Source of the DNA: a virus
IMG/VR virus record: IMGVR_UViG_3300017767_005578
Span: 9-64,008 of that record
Direction: 5' to 3' (one strand)
DNA: 64,000 bases
In this document: positions 47,501 to 56,495 of the stretch, in pieces
Layout of the letters: each line of letters starts with the position of its first letter
How positions within the stretch are numbered: the stretch's first letter is position 1
The notes under the pieces: generated by a model
Told to the model about the DNA's origin: nothing
The model's database searches: none
The model's input: only the letters and a program-made list of their open reading frames with translations
Program-made: the position numbers and the translations under genes

Positions 47501-48639
47501 AATCATTAGCTGAATACATTCAAGGTAAGGTAATGAGGGGTGAAACTCTAAGTAAAATAGAAAAAAAGTTTTTATCTAAAATAGGGGGAGGTGCTTTAAC
47601 TTTTGCGGATAGGTTAGCCAGTCAAGGCTCTTGGCTTTCTTTCTACATGGCAGAGAGAGCAAAACAAGAAAAAGGAAATAAAGACTGGTCTTTTGACATA
47701 GAGGAGGAGTCTAAAAACCCAAACACAGCAGCGGCAGAGAAGGCTAATGTAGAATCGGATTGGGTCAACAACAAATCAGATGTTACTACAGCTCCTGAAG
47801 AATGGTCGAAGCCAGGTGTTCATTCAAATATAAAACGAATATTTTTCTTATTTAAAAGTTTTGCTATTAACCAAACTTATAATGCAGTTTTAGATATTAG
47901 AAACATAGCTTACGGTGTAGGTGGTAAAGGTGAAATGACTACTAAACAAAGACAGCAAGCAGTCAAAGCATCAACATCAGGTCTTGTGGGTGCTTTAGCT
48001 TCTATGTGGATGTTTGAGATGATTAAGTCTAGCTTGGTGAATCCTATGTTGGATGAAATAGTAGAGTCTTTGTTCGATATAGATGATCCAGATGAAGATA
48101 AAGAAGTTTTTGACGAAGACGCTTTAGCAGAAAACAGTAAGGATGCTTTATTAAAAGCCTCTTTAGATTTAGCTATTGGTGGCTGGCCCGATATTGCAGG
48201 TCCAACATATCTAAAACAACAGCTTAATAAACACTTTTTTATTAATCCTGCTAAAGAGAAATATGAAAAAATGAAGGCTGATAACGAAGCGTTAAATTTA
48301 GATGAAAAATTAGAGCCGTTTAAAGAGTGGGACAATAAGGTTTTTTATGATAAATATGAAGTTCCTGGTTCTATTGGTTTGTTTAAATCGTATACAGAGC
48401 AAACGCTTAAAAATGCACAAATAATTTCAGGCGAAAAGTATATACCTTCTTATGATGATGTTTATGACGAAGAAACCCTTGTTGATTTAGGAAGCGAAGG
48501 CGAAACATTGGCTATGTTAAATTTCCTTGCGTTAGTAATGCAACATGGAGATTTAAAACTTCTTACAGACAGGGCTATTAAAAACAAAGAAAAACAAATA
48601 AAAAGAGAGTCAGAGCTGAGAAAGAAAGAAAATAAATAG
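41584..48639 (+). CDS. giant internal virion/ejection protein (2351 aa)
   Basis: Acidic N-terminus, Lys-rich coiled coils, hydrophobic C-terminal helices; position. Confidence 0.6.
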   Translation: MPDSISINIPEYGSFTKEQLQEEYGENWLQAIDQLNGTVDVPDYGSYSYSELKESYGENIEDALDQLSGKKKDQEEPQEEVQEVVQEEPQEVVQEDTESVSEDGSLESQDWRGEQKKSVTPVVTSDEETFKSLQQQGRLEEEKKEEFLEASEQKAESDFRPKEEKGGQEAVSKFLTENNFSSLDALPTEFLETIKEQNPTVFNTDIERNLYSARNEELTSISKSYLENRKNAIQSEEVSAGKTEEEAKKIADLEIQDETGRIGISSLGYDEDEINQYKGAIKNRSNALLKISKIKRDPSKKAELEKLQEIVKVSDKKISELRENSDKAFIDENGDVNKDLKEDVKQREIGFEKEYKSDYVKLHDRLKLEIAKRDALRENFVKTLTPEQYQNFGGDKFIINKGTDNEQEKGAYATVDNILGGKDADYSEYFMGDIYDAKLKAKSESYVEAYDDADRNITALSRLLLLNEDPAAVERGWGTVFSAEDSEFYLPGLDKFGEVVTSFGESIYEEITGVDYSSNLDFRQNAVNILQDEGMKLTEEQIEAGEKNFSEKLGETLGVSGAIGLEILATRNVIGGGYKLLNIPKYLSKISYLRKSPKLVKFLDNTAEIVTEGLAFELADDRTDFFMGAAESTSAKGFDALISKLSKSKYGKFLKYLDNYAGRFAKEVTSRTVGGVTEEYVGDFVSEGVKNGFFTEEQYKNVFGEGEEGVEKFLLTLGSVGFMTFPTGFVEAAKKRAEGDPTGSLAQAIEAYESAQNPEVTTEKVKKSIENLTNTLKGEDVDLEGLTDEKKLEIIGLDVFDKNQRAVDAKEKDAEIEKIVGEEVESEPQRLDDMSEEELEAYAKENDIDVSELKKKAKAKEPQRLDDMSEEELEVYAKENDIDVSELKKKAKATEAKTEEVTTEETTEDALTSETVTDKKGRTLTYFENTETKDGITKTTYTFNRSDKDSSQRNTTGVKPEVALDNKGYEVTEDSAPVGAKINKVFEVRVDKNNPNKAAATVEFISEDGKIFRGEVKLKQTQQATTDTTTEEVVEEGDTFTQEELDQEITKDNLQSTIDKIDSLQKKIRSTTKSDLGFSAALDAVLTLTKAALKTTKTFRDAYNIAVSKFRDQDGYKKLTDEQKNKLDSFSEKEFKDALKEESEKAVERGGTFNKAKEAYKKAGESGLDTKESISESFKTVERADWYKSLSKEDQQEIKADYVNRLVPNFESEGKPPKKNRKGIPKLDESKKIITTEKQQLKKRLIEQRKGANNLRKSQQKMIDDLFESIETNSKSLTKAQLKAALKRAAKADPAKINDFLELRDSINKQLKKGELKEKKAEAKRIQSRLKRKAKKTTGFRKSLALDLSRLNINRVDDIDAFLDAANGLIKSLDGKASMKDVKDQTQDIIAKALDAETKFREKKQELIEEALKEEYDAANLSMSFEEYRKLKEEQSKQDAKDKKLEAAAEAREDMVNWLNSRIDKLRTDFNDLTDGMTERQKAIVKDLINAKNLLNKKDGKGEYLLLDSESLMDLHSAIDEVFTFNSTAGVNKIATALKSIKKAETFRIKLNNMIDAGLFTKGIFGKNTGNLSAYAKAATISERAAKDFASILFGEYNKSWNKTQEETEAFLKRRAKKRDELKIKERQSNKIGVISWLTQEDEGLTVEESNKNLKEKIESLKNQIKKLKEVGRTKGKSYRITKRAETRKAELLEKIVKDLNLDSIETKVDPVTGESNLENLLTPNEKEFLNFLKDEFEQLKEPLAESYLNAKGEEITFVKNYLPTFAKKLGAKSDVELDSDFSSTGMSADPSGRTIQRTEVDTTGNTSYNFDVLGTTEAGYGQISNDINSLFEKQVLINVVKSKPVKKLYIQEGQDLADQYNVLQERVKTLINKRNPNFARDIGLANEYYRFAENAVRNTIALPLRNTFQLAKQLAPIVLNTAIKNPVFFAQGFTLTTLSMGKNRQFVDALLKKASNTSLRVLEGDESLAKTKSLAEYIQGKVMRGETLSKIEKKFLSKIGGGALTFADRLASQGSWLSFYMAERAKQEKGNKDWSFDIEEESKNPNTAAAEKANVESDWVNNKSDVTTAPEEWSKPGVHSNIKRIFFLFKSFAINQTYNAVLDIRNIAYGVGGKGEMTTKQRQQAVKASTSGLVGALASMWMFEMIKSSLVNPMLDEIVESLFDIDDPDEDKEVFDEDALAENSKDALLKASLDLAIGGWPDIAGPTYLKQQLNKHFFINPAKEKYEKMKADNEALNLDEKLEPFKEWDNKVFYDKYEVPGSIGLFKSYTEQTLKNAQIISGEKYIPSYDDVYDEETLVDLGSEGETLAMLNFLALVMQHGDLKLLTDRAIKNKEKQIKRESELRKKENK
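44062..44262 (+). repeat. tandem 102-bp (34-aa) in-frame duplication
   Basis: EPQRLDDMSEEELE(A/V)YAKENDIDVSELKKKAKA twice. Confidence 0.9.
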
Positions 48640-48688
48640 CCAAAAACTCAAAAATAAAAATTAACTATATTTATAAAAAATAATTAAG

Positions 48689-49345
48689 ATGATTCAAAGT
48701 AAACAATATCAAGCTCCTAAATCAGATGATGCGAGTGGAATGAGAGATATTAATAACGTAATTGTAGATTCGGGTTATAGATTCGGTCAGCAAGTGTATC
48801 AATTAATTCTAAGACAAGAGGGAAATGCTACTCCTGATAATATAGACTTAGACACTTACTCCAATGGTTTAACGGTCAAGGTAGGGTCTAGTACTATATC
48901 AACTTCGTTCTCAACTGATACGGCAACTACTATTGCTGCTTTTGCTACAGCTATTGCTTCTAACGCTAATATAGAGTCAGCAGTTGTTGTAGGTCACACG
49001 ATTAATATAAAGGTCGTAGAAAACACAGAAGTAGCATTAACAGACTCAGGAGTAACAGGAGGTACTATAAGAACATCTTTAACAGTAAATCTAGTAGCTG
49101 ACTTAAGAATAGTTCCTGCTATTGTTACAATAAACCAAGAGCCTGAACCATTAAGAATAGATACTAACAACCCTTCAGGAACTAATTACGTAGGCTTTGC
49201 AGAAATAGGTACTGCTAATGCTGATGCTAAATGGAGAATTAAAAAGACTGTAACGGCTGGAACTGTAACTACAGTTACTTATGCAGACGGTAACAAGCTT
49301 TTTGACAATGTTTGGGACAACAGAACATCTTTAAGTTACTCTTAA
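48689..49345 (+). CDS. tail-associated structural protein
   Basis: C-terminal YVGFAEIG...AKWRIKK...FDNVWDNR domain common in phage tail regions. Confidence 0.55.
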   Translation: MIQSKQYQAPKSDDASGMRDINNVIVDSGYRFGQQVYQLILRQEGNATPDNIDLDTYSNGLTVKVGSSTISTSFSTDTATTIAAFATAIASNANIESAVVVGHTINIKVVENTEVALTDSGVTGGTIRTSLTVNLVADLRIVPAIVTINQEPEPLRIDTNNPSGTNYVGFAEIGTANADAKWRIKKTVTAGTVTTVTYADGNKLFDNVWDNRTSLSYS

Positions 49346-49356
49346 AAAAATAGATT

Positions 49357-50046
49357 ATGGGAATTAAGTATGATTACGTATTAGGAAAATTAAGAGAATC
49401 TGACGCTGGTGGCGGAGGTGGTGGAAGCACTGACTCAGATGCGGTACACGTTAACGCAGCAGGGGAGATAAATGGTGTATCTGCAAAAGCTACTCCAACA
49501 ACCAGTGATATTCTATTAATAGAGGATGCTGCTGATAGTAACAATAAGAAGAAAATTACTATTGGAAATTTACCAGCTACGAGTGATGCTAATGCTGTTC
49601 ATGTAAATGCTGCTAATGAGATTACGGCAATAACTGAAAAAACAACAGTAGATAATCAAGATGAGTTTATTATTGAGGATAGTGCAGATTCTGGTAATAA
49701 AAAGAGCATTAAGAGAAAAAATATTGTAAGACCTATTGTAAACAGTACAACAACAGCAACTACACTAACTCCTAATATTGATGAGTATGAGCAAGAGGAT
49801 GTAACAGATTTAGCCAGTGCTATGACCATAGCAGCTCCAACGGGTACACCATCAACGGGTATGAAGTTAGTTATTAGAATAACAGATGATGGTACAGCAA
49901 GAGCGTTAACATGGAATGTTATTTATAGGGCTATTGGGGTTACAACACCTAGTACAACAACGGCAAATAAAATTTTGTATGTTGGATGTATTTATAATGA
50001 AGCTGGTAGTAAATGGGATGTAGTAGCAGTTAAAGAAGAAGCTTAA
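49357..50046 (+). CDS. tail fibre-associated protein with ~50-aa internal duplication
   Basis: AVHVNAA...IED.ADS.NKK twice; C-terminal QD.TG.R.LTW-like domain. Confidence 0.55.
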   Translation: MGIKYDYVLGKLRESDAGGGGGGSTDSDAVHVNAAGEINGVSAKATPTTSDILLIEDAADSNNKKKITIGNLPATSDANAVHVNAANEITAITEKTTVDNQDEFIIEDSADSGNKKSIKRKNIVRPIVNSTTTATTLTPNIDEYEQEDVTDLASAMTIAAPTGTPSTGMKLVIRITDDGTARALTWNVIYRAIGVTTPSTTTANKILYVGCIYNEAGSKWDVVAVKEEA

Positions 50047-50048
50047 TT

Positions 50049-50330
50049 ATGATAACAATTATTTCAAAAATAGAATTAGAAGGTACAGACAGTTTAAAGT
50101 ATACTGATATTGGTCATACTGAAGATGACGCTATTGTTAATCAGATAAACGAGAATTATGATTATACACTAGGGAAGTTCTTAGGAGAGAACAGGACTAA
50201 ATTAGAAATAGGAGAGGTGTCAATAAGTGCTTTTTTCAATGGTATTGATTCTGTTAATGAAGCTAGAACTCAAGTAGAAATTGTTGAAGATTCAAGTTTA
50301 ATTAAAATTACTGATATAAGTCAATTATAA
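50049..50330 (+). CDS. hypothetical tail-region protein
   Basis: ORF track. Confidence 0.5.
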   Translation: MITIISKIELEGTDSLKYTDIGHTEDDAIVNQINENYDYTLGKFLGENRTKLEIGEVSISAFFNGIDSVNEARTQVEIVEDSSLIKITDISQL

Positions 50331-50995
50331 TGGCAGTACCTACTAAAGGAAATACTACAAGTGCAAATCCTACTCCAGGAGCTAATTTTAAAACTCAAAA
50401 CCATACCCAAAATACAGGTAGTGATGGTTTAATTATTGCTCAGTTTACTATGAGTAACACTAGAACTTATTCAAGTTGTACTTATGGAGGTGTAGCAATG
50501 ACACAACTATATCAAATTAATAGGAGTGGCCTTTCTCAAAGAATGGCTTTTTTTTATTTAGAAAACCCACCAACAGGAAATAACACATTAAGAGTTAATT
50601 TTAGTGGTTCACAATGGAATCCCATTAGTATGCATATTAGAAGCTTTACTAATTCAGGAGGCATAGGAGCTAGTTTAAGAACTGGTGGGCAATCAACACC
50701 AAATACTCAGAGTTTAACAGTTGAAGATGATTCGTTAATAATGATTACTTCGTGTAGTATTAACGCTATTACAAGCCAACAAATACCACAGGGTACTAAT
50801 AGAACTTATATTCAACATAACACTAATAGACAGGTAGCAACAGGTGCCATTAGTGCTGATGGTGGACATAGTGCTGGTAGTATTTCTTTAAGGTCTACAT
50901 CTACCTTTGGAAGTATAACATTAGATAGGACAGAGATAAAAGGGTTGTCAAGTTCAGTAGATACTAGCGGTGGTGACTTCTTTAGTTTATTTTAA
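50330..50995 (+). CDS. tail-region beta-sandwich protein
   Basis: S/T/G-rich; TYGGVAMTQ motif. Confidence 0.5.
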   Translation: MAVPTKGNTTSANPTPGANFKTQNHTQNTGSDGLIIAQFTMSNTRTYSSCTYGGVAMTQLYQINRSGLSQRMAFFYLENPPTGNNTLRVNFSGSQWNPISMHIRSFTNSGGIGASLRTGGQSTPNTQSLTVEDDSLIMITSCSINAITSQQIPQGTNRTYIQHNTNRQVATGAISADGGHSAGSISLRSTSTFGSITLDRTEIKGLSSSVDTSGGDFFSLF

Positions 50996-51009
50996 ATTAA
51001 ATTTATAAA

Positions 51010-53910
51010 ATGCCAAATCAAAAAATTGAACTAATAGATGCTATAGCAATAGCAAGAGGAACGGAAGAACCAACTAATAGAGATGTTTTTTGGTTGGATA
51101 AAAGTTTAACGGGAGGTTTTTATGATAGGCTTAAATCTTACAACTACGACACTGAAAAGTGGGAATTGGTATCTAGATCCAATCAAGAAATTTTATCAGA
51201 CTTAAGGACTGTTGACGGTGCAGGCTCAGGGTTAGATTCTGACACCTTACAAGGTTATACTCCTGACCAGTTAATATCGCAAGGAGCTTCGGGATTACCT
51301 GCTATGTCTACTGGAAAGATAATAGTTGGACAAGGTGACACAATTGGACAAGCAAAAACATTAGGGGGGATAGCAACAATAGACGCTAATGGCTCTATGG
51401 CTTATGTAACTAATAGTATTAGCCACACAGGTCTAACTGATGTAGGAACAAACACCCATGTTCAAATAGATTCCCATATAGCAGATAGTGCAATACATTT
51501 AAGTGCTGCTCAATCTACTAAGCTAGGTCACATAAGTGTTACTCAAGCTGTAGACCTGGACCAAATGGAAACGGATATTACAGCTAATAATGCTAAACCT
51601 ACTAACAATCTAGCAACAGGGAATTTAACTCAAGCTGCTGCTGCTAGAACGTACAATATGAATAGCCAAGACCTTTTGTTTACAGATGGCTTTTTAAAAG
51701 TAACTGAAGCAGGAACTGGTGACATGTTTTATTTAGAACAAGGAGGAGGGGATATAACATTTGGTGGTGCAAGCGGTGTGGGTACAGGAGGATCTAACTG
51801 GATACATCAAACAAATTTTAACACCGCATCTTCTACAGTGTGGGAGCATAGAGATTTTGGAAACAACACAGGATTAAAGTTTGTAAACTGGACTACAACA
51901 GGCGGATTAAATCATTATGCTACATTAGAATACGGAGGCTCTGGAATTATGTATATCCTTCAAAACGGAGGAGGAGCAATACAGATGGGTTCTTCAACTA
52001 CTATAAATGTTGGTTATGGAACAGGAGCGCAACGCCCTGAGACTGTAAGGTTAATAGCAGGCGCAGGACAATTTGAAGTGTCTGGAACAAGTGGAGGGAC
52101 GGGTGCTACGACCTTTACGGATAACTCTAGCACAACAGCAGGGATTGAATATGCTGCTGATTATAGTTCAGACTTTACAGCAAGGAGTTTAGTGGACAAA
52201 GCTTATGTTGATGCTAATGCTGGGGGGAGTAATTTCGCCAATGCAGATTTGCAATTGACAGGGGATAGAAACCATGAGCTAAACAGTAATAAATTAATTT
52301 TTAGATGCAAATTAACCGCAAATGCAGATAGGATAGAGAGTTTTTACGACAATAATCCAGTAGGGGGTATGGTCGTTGATCACTACGATAAATTTGGAAC
52401 AAAAATGCACTCTATAAACAGGGATAGTTTTGAAAATTTAGCCTATGCGGTTGGTTATTTTCGTGCTGGTATGGATGTTGGTCCTAAGAGTGCAATTAAG
52501 ATGAGAGGCTTTTCTGGGACTGGTTCATATATTAAGTTCTCTAACCAGTTTGGTGACCCTTATTCTCAGATAGGTGCTAATATGCCTCATTACTTTTTAG
52601 CTGCTTCTGGAGCTTTGGCGACTAATAAATTTATTGTAGGTGAAAATTCTGCTGTAGGTAGTGAAAGTATTAGTTTACAAGGTTCGACATTAATAAAGGG
52701 AGAAGGAACTTCCACAGGTTCAACCTTAGCTTTATACGATAATGACACAACACCTTACAAAAGGTTTGAAATTTTAGACAATGGACAGTTTAGATTAGAT
52801 TCAAGTAATGCGGTTGTAGCAACACCTTTTAAAATTGAAATGCGACCATTAGGAGGAACGGGGACACCTCCTTACTTTATGATAAAAAACTATGGTGAAG
52901 TTGAGATTTATGGAGGGCTTTCAAATTTATTTAATGTCCAAAACACTTTAGGAGCAAAGCAATTTGAGGTGTTAAATGGCACAACAAAAATAAATGGTGC
53001 AAGTCAAATAAATTCAACATGGTTTCAAGTTTTAACAGACACTCAAAAAATGTCTTTTAATGCTGGAAGTGGAGGTGCGTTACACCACGAAATTAGAACA
53101 AATGGTGGTGGAGGTCCAATAACCACAAAATTTAATATACCAGGAGGTGGGTATCAATTTATCGTTGGTGCTTCTGCTATAATTGGTACTGAAAAAATAA
53201 GTTTACAAGGTTCGACATTAATAAAAGGAACTGATACGCTTTCAACATCATCAGCTTTACAGGTTTATGATGGGGATAGTACACCAAATTTATTAGTAGA
53301 TTTTAAAAATAGCGGAAATGTAGATATTAACGCAAATTGGAGAGCGAATGAAGGTACTTTAAAAATAAACAGTAATAATCAATCTTTTGTTGGAATGGGA
53401 TTGACTGATACAACAAATGGGTATTATGGTGGTTTCTTTTGGAGACCAACAACACAATATTTAACCATTGGTAGTAATACATCAGGTTTTGCTATTGAGC
53501 CAACAGCAAACAATCAAGACTTTGTTTTTACATCTTCGAGTTTTACAAGTGAAAATGAATTAATAGTAAATGATGATTTTACGTTAAACGGTAATCAAGA
53601 AGTAAATGCTAATTGGGTTGCAAGTAAAGGAACTATCAATATTAATTCAAGTAATCAATCTTTTAATGGTTTTGGGTTAACAGATACGGCTACTGGTTAT
53701 ATGGGGTTTTTTGGCTATCGACCTACTAATGATTATTTTGTAATAGAATCAACAAGTGCAATTAGTGGAATATCATTTAATACCAATGGAAATAATAGAA
53801 GAATGACCATTACTGATAACGGTTTAAATATTTCAAACTTACCTACTAGCTCTGCTGGTTTATCTAGTGGTGATGTTTACAACGATTCAGGAACTTTAAA
53901 AATAGTTTAA
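51010..53910 (+). CDS. tail fibre / receptor-binding protein
   Basis: 966 aa Gly/Thr-rich; SGLDSDTLQG, SLVDKAYVD, C-terminal LPTSSAGLSSGDVYNDSGTLKIV; internal repeats. Confidence 0.75.
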   Translation: MPNQKIELIDAIAIARGTEEPTNRDVFWLDKSLTGGFYDRLKSYNYDTEKWELVSRSNQEILSDLRTVDGAGSGLDSDTLQGYTPDQLISQGASGLPAMSTGKIIVGQGDTIGQAKTLGGIATIDANGSMAYVTNSISHTGLTDVGTNTHVQIDSHIADSAIHLSAAQSTKLGHISVTQAVDLDQMETDITANNAKPTNNLATGNLTQAAAARTYNMNSQDLLFTDGFLKVTEAGTGDMFYLEQGGGDITFGGASGVGTGGSNWIHQTNFNTASSTVWEHRDFGNNTGLKFVNWTTTGGLNHYATLEYGGSGIMYILQNGGGAIQMGSSTTINVGYGTGAQRPETVRLIAGAGQFEVSGTSGGTGATTFTDNSSTTAGIEYAADYSSDFTARSLVDKAYVDANAGGSNFANADLQLTGDRNHELNSNKLIFRCKLTANADRIESFYDNNPVGGMVVDHYDKFGTKMHSINRDSFENLAYAVGYFRAGMDVGPKSAIKMRGFSGTGSYIKFSNQFGDPYSQIGANMPHYFLAASGALATNKFIVGENSAVGSESISLQGSTLIKGEGTSTGSTLALYDNDTTPYKRFEILDNGQFRLDSSNAVVATPFKIEMRPLGGTGTPPYFMIKNYGEVEIYGGLSNLFNVQNTLGAKQFEVLNGTTKINGASQINSTWFQVLTDTQKMSFNAGSGGALHHEIRTNGGGGPITTKFNIPGGGYQFIVGASAIIGTEKISLQGSTLIKGTDTLSTSSALQVYDGDSTPNLLVDFKNSGNVDINANWRANEGTLKINSNNQSFVGMGLTDTTNGYYGGFFWRPTTQYLTIGSNTSGFAIEPTANNQDFVFTSSSFTSENELIVNDDFTLNGNQEVNANWVASKGTININSSNQSFNGFGLTDTATGYMGFFGYRPTNDYFVIESTSAISGISFNTNGNNRRMTITDNGLNISNLPTSSAGLSSGDVYNDSGTLKIV

Positions 53911-53919
53911 TAAATAAAT

Positions 53920-54267
53920 ATGATGATTAATAACAAAGAATATTACAAAATTACAGGAGAGGTTAATGCTGATTTCGGAATAACGGTAACAGACCCAATT
54001 ATTAAAGTATTTGTTACTGCTAAAGGCGTTGAAGATACAGGTCTTTTGCAATGTGAGTATAATGTATATTATTCTGAAGATAACTACTTAAATGGTGCTT
54101 ATTTTTTTAAAGCTTCCAAAGATGGTGAGAGAATGATTAATTTTACTTATCCAATTGCTGATGTTCCTAATTGGGGTTGGCAAACTTATAAGGATGACCA
54201 AAAGAAAATTATTGCAGATACTTTTGGAATTGATGTAGTAAATATAGAACTTGTACAAGAAGATTAA
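53920..54267 (+). CDS. tail fibre assembly-like protein
   Basis: 115 aa directly after the fibre gene; positional. Confidence 0.4.
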   Translation: MMINNKEYYKITGEVNADFGITVTDPIIKVFVTAKGVEDTGLLQCEYNVYYSEDNYLNGAYFFKASKDGERMINFTYPIADVPNWGWQTYKDDQKKIIADTFGIDVVNIELVQED

Positions 54268-54690
54268 ATGTATTTCGGAAACATATACCCATACTTCACA
54301 GAGGAAGAGATAAGAACTGCTTTAATAAGGCAAATTAAGCAATACAATCTTAATTATGTTATGCCTGCTTTTGAGGAGGCTTGGCAGAGTAAATTCTGGA
54401 GGGAAAAAGGCTATGATGGTGCTACGTTTATCCAAGATAAGACGCACCCTAGCGTAGATGCTTTTTTGCACGATTGGGGTTATAGGATATACGGTGGAAA
54501 CAAGTACGATGACTATGTGTTTTACAAGCTTCAGAAAATACTAAAAGATAAAGCTAAACGTAACTATATAGGTGTTAGGTTAGGTGGATTCTTTTTAAGA
54601 ATGAAAAACAAATATATACAGAAGAAGCCAGGAACTTCTACGGAAAACCTTATAAGGCTTTATGAAATACTAAAAAAAATTAAAATATAA
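54268..54690 (+). CDS. DUF1353-like protein
   Basis: DGAT...AFLHDWGYR...DDYVFY motif. Confidence 0.55.
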   Translation: MYFGNIYPYFTEEEIRTALIRQIKQYNLNYVMPAFEEAWQSKFWREKGYDGATFIQDKTHPSVDAFLHDWGYRIYGGNKYDDYVFYKLQKILKDKAKRNYIGVRLGGFFLRMKNKYIQKKPGTSTENLIRLYEILKKIKI

Positions 54691-54694
54691 TAAA

Positions 54695-54862
54695 ATGGAA
54701 CAATTAACAGAAGAACAGAAGGCTTACATTCAATTAATACAACTTTTAGATGCCGCTACTCAAAGAGGAGCTTTTTCTAGACACGAAGTATTATCTTATA
54801 ATAAATCATTAGGAATATTAGACAAACTTTTCGTAGAGAAAAATAAACAGCCTGAAGATTAA
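54695..54862 (+). CDS. small hypothetical protein (55 aa), absent from ORF track
   Basis: MEQLTEEQKAYIQLIQLLDAATQRGAF...; translated by hand. Confidence 0.55.
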   Translation: MEQLTEEQKAYIQLIQLLDAATQRGAFSRHEVLSYNKSLGILDKLFVEKNKQPED

Positions 54863-54877
54863 ATCAAACTTTAGGGT

Positions 54878-55201
54878 GTGTCTTTCGTTGTAAAAAGCAA
54901 AAGATTTTATTTTTCTATCTTTATGAGAAATGAGGGTGTAATGGATAATACTAATTTGGGTATTTTTATAAATACTGTTTTTTCTTTTTTCGGTTGGGGA
55001 TGTTTGAATCAGAATGTAGAAACGATAAAAGATAGTATTCCTTCATTAGATTATCTAAAAATCATAGTCACTCCAGCAGCCGAATCAGGCATAGATGTGA
55101 CAAGTAAAATATCTGTATTAGTACTAACTTTCCTTTCTATAATCACTTCTTCAATCACAATAGGTCAATTTATTTATAAGTTTTATAAGAAAAAAAAATA
55201 A
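54878..55201 (+). CDS. small membrane protein (holin/antiholin-like)
   Basis: Hydrophobic helices, basic C-terminal KKKK; precedes endolysin. Confidence 0.45.
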   Translation: MSFVVKSKRFYFSIFMRNEGVMDNTNLGIFINTVFSFFGWGCLNQNVETIKDSIPSLDYLKIIVTPAAESGIDVTSKISVLVLTFLSIITSSITIGQFIYKFYKKKK

Positions 55202-55210
55202 CCTAGTCAG

Positions 55211-55708
55211 ATGAAATATGAATGGAGTAAAAGAAGTAGGGGTGTTTTAGAAACACTTCATCCAGATTTACAATTAATAATAAACTTAGCAATACAGAGG
55301 ACATCTGTGGATATTGTGTTAGTGGAAGGGTCTAGGGATGTGTCTACTCAAAGAAGGTATTTCAAAGATGGTTTGAGCAAGATAGACCCAGATAAGTACA
55401 GGTCAGACGAGGACTTGTGTAAGGCTGCTAAACATATAACCATTGAAGATCATTCTTTGTATCATTATTCAAGAGCTGTAGATTTCTGTGCGTATGCTTT
55501 TCATAATGGCAAAAACTTAACCTACGACATGACACACTTAGTATACATATCCACTGTAATAGAGCAGAGTGGAAAAGACCTGTATTCAAGAGGTGTTACA
55601 TCTCATATAATAAGGACAGGAGTGAATTGGGATATGGATGGTATATTAAAGTTTGACCAATCGTTTTTAGATGCTCCTCATGTTGAAATAATAAAACCAA
55701 AGTTATGA
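55211..55708 (+). CDS. endolysin, M15 family L-Ala-D-Glu peptidase
   Basis: SKRS...LHPDL...EGSR...Q...GLSK, H...AVD, W..D....DAPHVE. Confidence 0.82.
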   Translation: MKYEWSKRSRGVLETLHPDLQLIINLAIQRTSVDIVLVEGSRDVSTQRRYFKDGLSKIDPDKYRSDEDLCKAAKHITIEDHSLYHYSRAVDFCAYAFHNGKNLTYDMTHLVYISTVIEQSGKDLYSRGVTSHIIRTGVNWDMDGILKFDQSFLDAPHVEIIKPKL

Positions 55709-56181
55709 AGAAGTTTACTGGATTTTTAAAGAAAGCTAAGGGGTTTTTAGCCACTAAAGGTAAAGATGTAGGTCAGTTAGCTATTAATGCTGCTACAGGT
55801 AACTTTAAGGGTGTTATAAAAGAGATTGGAGATGTATTAGGAACTGACTTATCAGAAGAAGGTAAAGCTTTATCAGAAGAGTTCCAGTTAAAGATAAAAG
55901 AGTTTGAGGTAGAGCATGATAGATTAATGATGGAAGATAGGAAGTCTGCTAGAGATATGCAGAAAGAATCTTTAAAACAAGGTGGAAAGCTTTCTAAAAA
56001 TTTTATTTATTATTTAGCTGCTTTTTGGAGTGTTGTTGGAGCTACCTTCATGATATTTTCTTTCTTCATAGTTGTTCCAGAGGGTAACACACACTTAGTA
56101 GATACTTTAGAAGGGTTTATACTTGGTAATATAGTGGCTTCTATTATAGCGTTCTTTTACGGAGGGATGAACAAGAATTAA
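55705..56181 (+). CDS. holin
   Basis: DRKSARDMQ motif followed by two TM helices ending FFYGG. Confidence 0.65.
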   Translation: MKKFTGFLKKAKGFLATKGKDVGQLAINAATGNFKGVIKEIGDVLGTDLSEEGKALSEEFQLKIKEFEVEHDRLMMEDRKSARDMQKESLKQGGKLSKNFIYYLAAFWSVVGATFMIFSFFIVVPEGNTHLVDTLEGFILGNIVASIIAFFYGGMNKN

Positions 56182-56495
56182 TCGTCACCAAATAATTTAC
56201 AGTAAAGCAAGTAGTTATGTTCTCTGACTATTTGCTTTTTTGTTTTGGACCAAGTAAAGTTTCTTTTAGTTTCTAGATCTCCTGTTTCCCATTCCATGTG
56301 GTGTTCTGCACATAGAAGTTCTATGTTGTCTTTGTTTAACCTAAGCTCAGGTGTTCTTCCTTTGGTTAGTATATGAGAAAAGAATATTGGTTGAGGTTTG
56401 TTTCCTAGCTTTTTACCACAGTTAGCACATACATGTTTTCGTTCTTTCCATATCTCCATAAACATTTCCCATTCTCCTGTTTTTTTTCTACTCAT
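56178..56495 (-). CDS. HNH/NinG-like endonuclease
   Basis: CANC...SHIL.KG..PELRLNKDNIELLCAEHH. Confidence 0.75.
   Translation of the reverse strand: MSRKKTGEWEMFMEIWKERKHVCANCGKKLGNKPQPIFFSHILTKGRTPELRLNKDNIELLCAEHHMEWETGDLETKRNFTWSKTKKQIVREHNYLLYCKLFGDD

Noticed and set aside
51010-53910. Possible diversity-generating retroelement acting on the tail fibre
   Set aside because: The repeats differ at all base types rather than only at adenines, and no reverse transcriptase is in the window.
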